A stretch of 15,756 nt of DNA from Candidatus Nanopusillus sp. GTDB lineage: Archaea; Nanobdellota; Nanobdellia; Nanobdellales; Nanobdellaceae. The stretch lies in NCBI GenBank assembly GCA_028276785.1, contig JAPYVP010000010.1:1-15756 (forward strand), read 5' to 3'. The translations under genes and the position numbers were made by a program. How positions within the stretch are numbered: the stretch's first letter is position 1; every line of letters starts with the position of its first letter. The notes under the pieces were generated by a model, which saw only the letters and a list, made by a program, of their open reading frames with translations, made no database searches and was not told the origin of the DNA. This document shows, one piece after another, positions 13,426 to 15,756 of this stretch.

Positions 13426-13430
13426 TTTCT

Positions 13431-13438
13431 TTTATAAA
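13431..13438 (+). promoter_or_regulatory. TATA box for 13460..13975
   Basis: TTTATAAA lies 29 nt upstream of the ATG at 13460. It is part of the recurring 13-14-mer TTTATAAACTTTT(T), also found at 12079 and 14773. Confidence 0.5.
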
Positions 13439-13459
13439 CTTTTTCTAAATATTTATTTT

Positions 13460-13975
13460 ATGAAATTAAAGCTAGATCCTAAAATTTTAAACATGCCTCT
13501 TGAAGATAAAATAAAAGATGCTTTAAAAGATGCTAAAAATATAGAAGATAAGATTTATCTTTCCATAGCATATTTTCAATATATAAATAAGCTCAGTACT
13601 AACAAAGCTATTAGATTATTTAAGGAACTCTTATTATCCGATGGGCAGAAATTAGGTTATCCCTTTTCGATTTATTATGCACAAGATAATAAACTTTTAA
13701 TAAGAAAAATAGAGATACCATTAAAAATTGACGAATTTTTGGCAAATTATATTAATGAAATTAAAAACTATAAGAGTTTAATAAGTAAAGTAACTAAAAG
13801 CACATATAATAAATATTTAAGAAAGTATTTAAATATAAAATCTTCAGATATTTTAGCTTATATAATATATAAAATGATTGAAGAGATAGGTATACACACT
13901 TTAATATCTTTAAGAAAACATTGGGCTTTATTCAGTAGGAATCTACTACCTTATTTATTAAAAAATAAGACTTAA
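13460..13975 (+). CDS. integrase-like paralog lacking the catalytic arginines (second copy)
   Basis: 171 aa. SIAYFQYINKLSTNKAIRLFKEL aligns with the integrase segment AVAYLQITNGLRASEAIFAMKEF, placing Ser at the R65 position. It has no H-x-x-R equivalent (SSDILAY). It shares EIPLKID, SLRKHW and PYLLK with 10781..11305. Confidence 0.65.
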   Translation: MKLKLDPKILNMPLEDKIKDALKDAKNIEDKIYLSIAYFQYINKLSTNKAIRLFKELLLSDGQKLGYPFSIYYAQDNKLLIRKIEIPLKIDEFLANYINEIKNYKSLISKVTKSTYNKYLRKYLNIKSSDILAYIIYKMIEEIGIHTLISLRKHWALFSRNLLPYLLKNKT

Positions 13976-14529
13976 TTTTGAAAAAATTTGCTTATTTCTG
14001 TAGAAAAGTTTACAAAAGCCCTTTTTACTACATATTGATTTGATCTAAATGTTACATCCTCTATAATTTTAAAGAATTTTTCAAATAATTCCCGATCAAA
14101 TAAAACCTTTTGATATTGGTCTGGTAAAACAATATCTGGATCATTATCTTTTAAATATAAAGCTATTTGATATGCAATATCAATATATTTAGTTTTTATT
14201 AATATTGCTTCCATAAGTGGTACACTATCTAAGCCCTTTTTAAATATATAGTCTACATATAATTTAACTTTAAGCAAAAATAGAAATGCTATAAAATTGC
14301 TAAACTCTTTACTATCCTTATTCTTTAAATCATTTAACAGAGGCTCTATTAATCTCTTTAAGCCCTTACTCGCATTAGCTTTAATCTCACTAAAACTCAA
14401 TGCTCTTATAGGATTTGCATTTTCTAAAGATCTTATATACGCTATGTAATCTTTGGCTTCTAGGGAATTCTTACCCTCTTTTATTATATATAGATTATCT
14501 GTTAATTTGCCAATTACTGCAAACCCCAT
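13972..14529 (-). CDS. hypothetical protein, paralog of 14954..15553
   Basis: 185 aa. With the 199-aa neighbour it shares an N-terminal MG....(L).(N/D).L.I...G and the central motifs F..F(L/F)(L)L(I/L)K(L/V) and (V/I)AY(N/Q)(L/I)A.Y(F/L).D. A TTTATAAA box (14553-14560) lies 31 nt upstream of the ATG at 14529. Confidence 0.7.
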   Translation of the reverse strand: MGFAVIGKLTDNLYIIKEGKNSLEAKDYIAYIRSLENANPIRALSFSEIKANASKGLKRLIEPLLNDLKNKDSKEFSNFIAFLFLLKVKLYVDYIFKKGLDSVPLMEAILIKTKYIDIAYQIALYLKDNDPDIVLPDQYQKVLFDRELFEKFFKIIEDVTFRSNQYVVKRAFVNFSTEISKFFQN

Positions 14530-14552
14530 ATATAATATAATGTAAGCATATA

Positions 14553-14560
14553 TTTATAAA
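14553..14560 (-). promoter_or_regulatory. TATA box for 13972..14529
   Basis: A palindromic TTTATAAA lies 31 nt upstream of the minus-strand ATG at 14529. Confidence 0.5.
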
Positions 14561-14870
14561 CCATAGGAGGAGGGGTACTAAACAATCTCCATCATTGTAT
14601 GACTTTTTCAGGTGCCCCTCCTCCTCTGAAGTCACCCCCATCCTTTCCCCCACAAATTGATTTTTTTGAGACTCGGGGGGTACCATCCCCTAAAATCAGT
14701 GAGATTTGAAGAGATTGAATTTTTTTATCTCTAATAGTTGGTAACAAATATTTATAAAGAAATTTGTTTTTGTTTATAAACTTTTCGTTGTGTACCGTGT
14801 TAGTGGTGGTTACATGGTTCAAATTTGGGGTCTTACCCACTAACTCGGGGGTCTCTGTCCCACGAGCTAG
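14561..14870. ncRNA. G+C-rich structured island, candidate small RNA(s); strand and ends unresolved
   Basis: A 14-bp stem pairs AGGAGGAGGGGTAC (14565-78) with GTGCCCCTCCTCCT (14612-25). Its one imperfect position is a G-U pair on the plus strand and a C-A mismatch on the minus strand. Other elements are a GGGG/CCCC hairpin (14675-90), an 8-bp stem GTTAGTGG/CCACTAAC (14799-806 with 14837-44) and a CTCG.GGG/CCC.CGAG hairpin (14844-66). Plus-strand T7 runs lie at 14661-67 and 14720-26. Confidence 0.35.
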
Positions 14871-14921
14871 TAGTAATTCATAGTTTATAAATTCATAAGC
14901 ATGATCAAAACTAATATACAT
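14592..14921 (-). CDS. possible small protein overlapping the G+C-rich island (ORF is open to 14942)
   Basis: The frame stays open across AT-rich stretches where stops would be expected. The ATG at 14921 lies 30 nt from a TTTATAAA box (14944-14951). Against this, the composition is atypical (GDGTPRVSKKSICGGKDGGDFRGGGAPEKV) and the stop falls in the loop of the 14-bp stem. This call conflicts with the ncRNA reading. Confidence 0.35.
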   Translation of the reverse strand: MYISFDHAYEFINYELLLARGTETPELVGKTPNLNHVTTTNTVHNEKFINKNKFLYKYLLPTIRDKKIQSLQISLILGDGTPRVSKKSICGGKDGGDFRGGGAPEKVIQ

Positions 14922-14953
14922 AATAAAAATATTGCTTTTCATATTTATAAATA

Positions 14954-15553
14954 TTATTTAGCCTTTTCCTTGAATAGAGAATATACTTTATCTACATTTT
15001 CTTTATTTAATTCTATAATTTGTTCTTCTTTAAATATTTGATTCAGCTTCTTATAATAATTAGTAAACTGATTTTTGTCTTCAAGTTTATTTAATATATT
15101 ATCTGAAAAACCAACTCTATAGTTTAATTCATCTAGGAAATATTGAGCTAAATTATAAGCAACCTCATCTTCAAAGCCTACTATTAATTGAGAAAGTTCT
15201 ACTAAACTTTTACTATATGTATAAGATATTAATGTTTTAATAGCCAATTTTATCAATAATAGAAAGCTAAATAATTTATAACCAAGATCTTCTCCTCCAC
15301 CTGTTTTTTCAGCTATATTTTGTGTTAGAAGTCTATGTTTTTGTAATATTGTTCTTTCTAGTTGTTTAATAGTCATAATTTTTATTCCGCTTTTAATTAT
15401 TTCTTCAGGAGAGATATCTTCAGCTTCTTCACTTACAAAGAGTTCATCCTTCTTATAAATATAAAAAATAATATCAGTACCTTTATTATCTTCATCACCG
15501 GTTCTATAAATTACTAAACTATTTCCATAAAGATTAGATATTATTGCCCCCAT
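14954..15553 (-). CDS. hypothetical protein, paralog of 13972..14529
   Basis: 199-aa ORF. Its start overlaps the upstream gene by 13 nt. Shared motifs are listed under 13972..14529. Confidence 0.7.
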   Translation of the reverse strand: MGAIISNLYGNSLVIYRTGDEDNKGTDIIFYIYKKDELFVSEEAEDISPEEIIKSGIKIMTIKQLERTILQKHRLLTQNIAEKTGGGEDLGYKLFSFLLLIKLAIKTLISYTYSKSLVELSQLIVGFEDEVAYNLAQYFLDELNYRVGFSDNILNKLEDKNQFTNYYKKLNQIFKEEQIIELNKENVDKVYSLFKEKAK

Positions 15554-15756
15554 TGTTTTATCAAGGAATCAAACTCATTTAAGTGAGCATAGATTGCATT
15601 CCATTTATCTTTATTAGATATTAGATCTATTCTATTCCTTAATGAATGAGATACATACATATGTATTAGCTTTACAAAGTTTTTAAGTATATCTTCTTCA
15701 GGTTTTTCATTATCTAAATCATAGAGTAATTTTAATGAGTCAAATATCAATACATC
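15541..15756 (-). CDS. hypothetical protein, N-terminus outside the window
   Basis: The frame is open to the window edge. The track's start at 15750 is a TTG, and the two codons upstream of it are also open. No family recognised. Confidence 0.55.
   Translation of the reverse strand, partial: DVLIFDSLKLLYDLDNEKPEEDILKNFVKLIHMYVSHSLRNRIDLISNKDKWNAIYAHLNEFDSLIKQWGQ

Larger units (their letters stand above)
12060..13428 (+). mobile_element. tnpA-less IS200/IS605-family element (TnpB plus omega-RNA region); boundaries approximate
   Basis: It contains an intact-looking tnpB gene and a structured, G+C-rich 3' region. No Y1 transposase (TnpA) is present in the window. The ends were not determined; a TTGCCC/GGGCAA inverted repeat at 12070-12075 and 12115-12120 may belong to the left end. 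Confidence 0.6.

Noticed and set aside
12079-13444. An identical 14-mer, TTTATAAACTTTTT, lies on both sides of the TnpB element (12079-92 and 13431-44) and could be a target-site duplication.
   Set aside because: IS200/IS605 elements do not make target duplications. A third copy at 14773-85 (13 of 14 positions) is unrelated to the IS. The motif is a TATA box at promoter distance from ATG 13460, so it is better explained as the element's consensus promoter.
14579-14611. CTGAAAAAGTC and AATGATGG on the minus strand could be hammerhead or C/D-box motifs.
   Set aside because: The core motifs are incomplete: there is no CUGAUGA...GAAA arrangement and no properly ordered C and D boxes with terminal pairing.
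14495-14686. A minus-strand 63-aa ORF overlaps the start of 13972..14529 and the G+C island.
   Set aside because: It overlaps the better-supported 185-aa gene and its promoter, and it is again kept open by G+C-rich stems.
14812-14830. GGTTCAAAT resembles a tRNA T-loop, which raised the possibility of a tRNA or a tRNA-derived att site.
   Set aside because: The flanking bases cannot form a T stem, because CATGG does not pair with TTGGG. I could not build an acceptor, D or anticodon arm on either strand.
14671-14866. The repeated ACTCGGGGG hairpins and the AGATTTGAAGAGATTGAA motif (14701-14719) could be a mini-CRISPR array or a solitary repeat unit.
   Set aside because: There are only two loosely similar copies, about 170 bp apart, and they are not identical repeats with spacer-length intervals. 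The resemblance to Sulfolobales repeat ends (ATTGAAAG) is only partial.

Overview
The window is visibly AT-rich, with short G+C-rich islands. Its gene organisation is archaeal: TTTATAAA/TTTAAAAA boxes sit 29-33 nt upstream of many start codons, which suggests leaderless mRNAs. Genes are tightly packed, with TAATG stop/start overlaps. My best reading is a large part of an undescribed archaeal virus or integrative plasmid-virus element. No database search was possible, so every family call rests on motifs read by eye. Bases 1-5858 form a minus-strand block of small hydrophobic or coiled-coil proteins. It includes a two-helix protein that resembles spindle-shaped-virus major capsid proteins (SSV1 VP1/VP3-like). 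Bases 5877-10560 are mostly a plus-strand block. It holds a short tyrosine recombinase, a divergent two-repeat TATA-binding protein (TBP), an Hjc-like Holliday-junction-resolvase-fold nuclease and several ORFans. Bases 10.7-15.7 kb look accessory. They carry two integrase-like paralogs that lack the catalytic arginines and flank a tnpA-less IS200/IS605 TnpB with a G+C-rich omega-RNA-like 3' region. They also carry a fusion protein that looks like a YwgA/SocA(Panacea)-type winged helix joined to a UPF0175 HTH antitoxin domain, and a DUF5679-like zinc ribbon. A second paralog pair there brackets a 420-bp island with strong G+C stems, five palindromic TATA boxes and two T7 runs. I found no rRNA, tRNA or CRISPR array, and no P-loop ATPase or replication protein. 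Most proteins have no family I can recognise.
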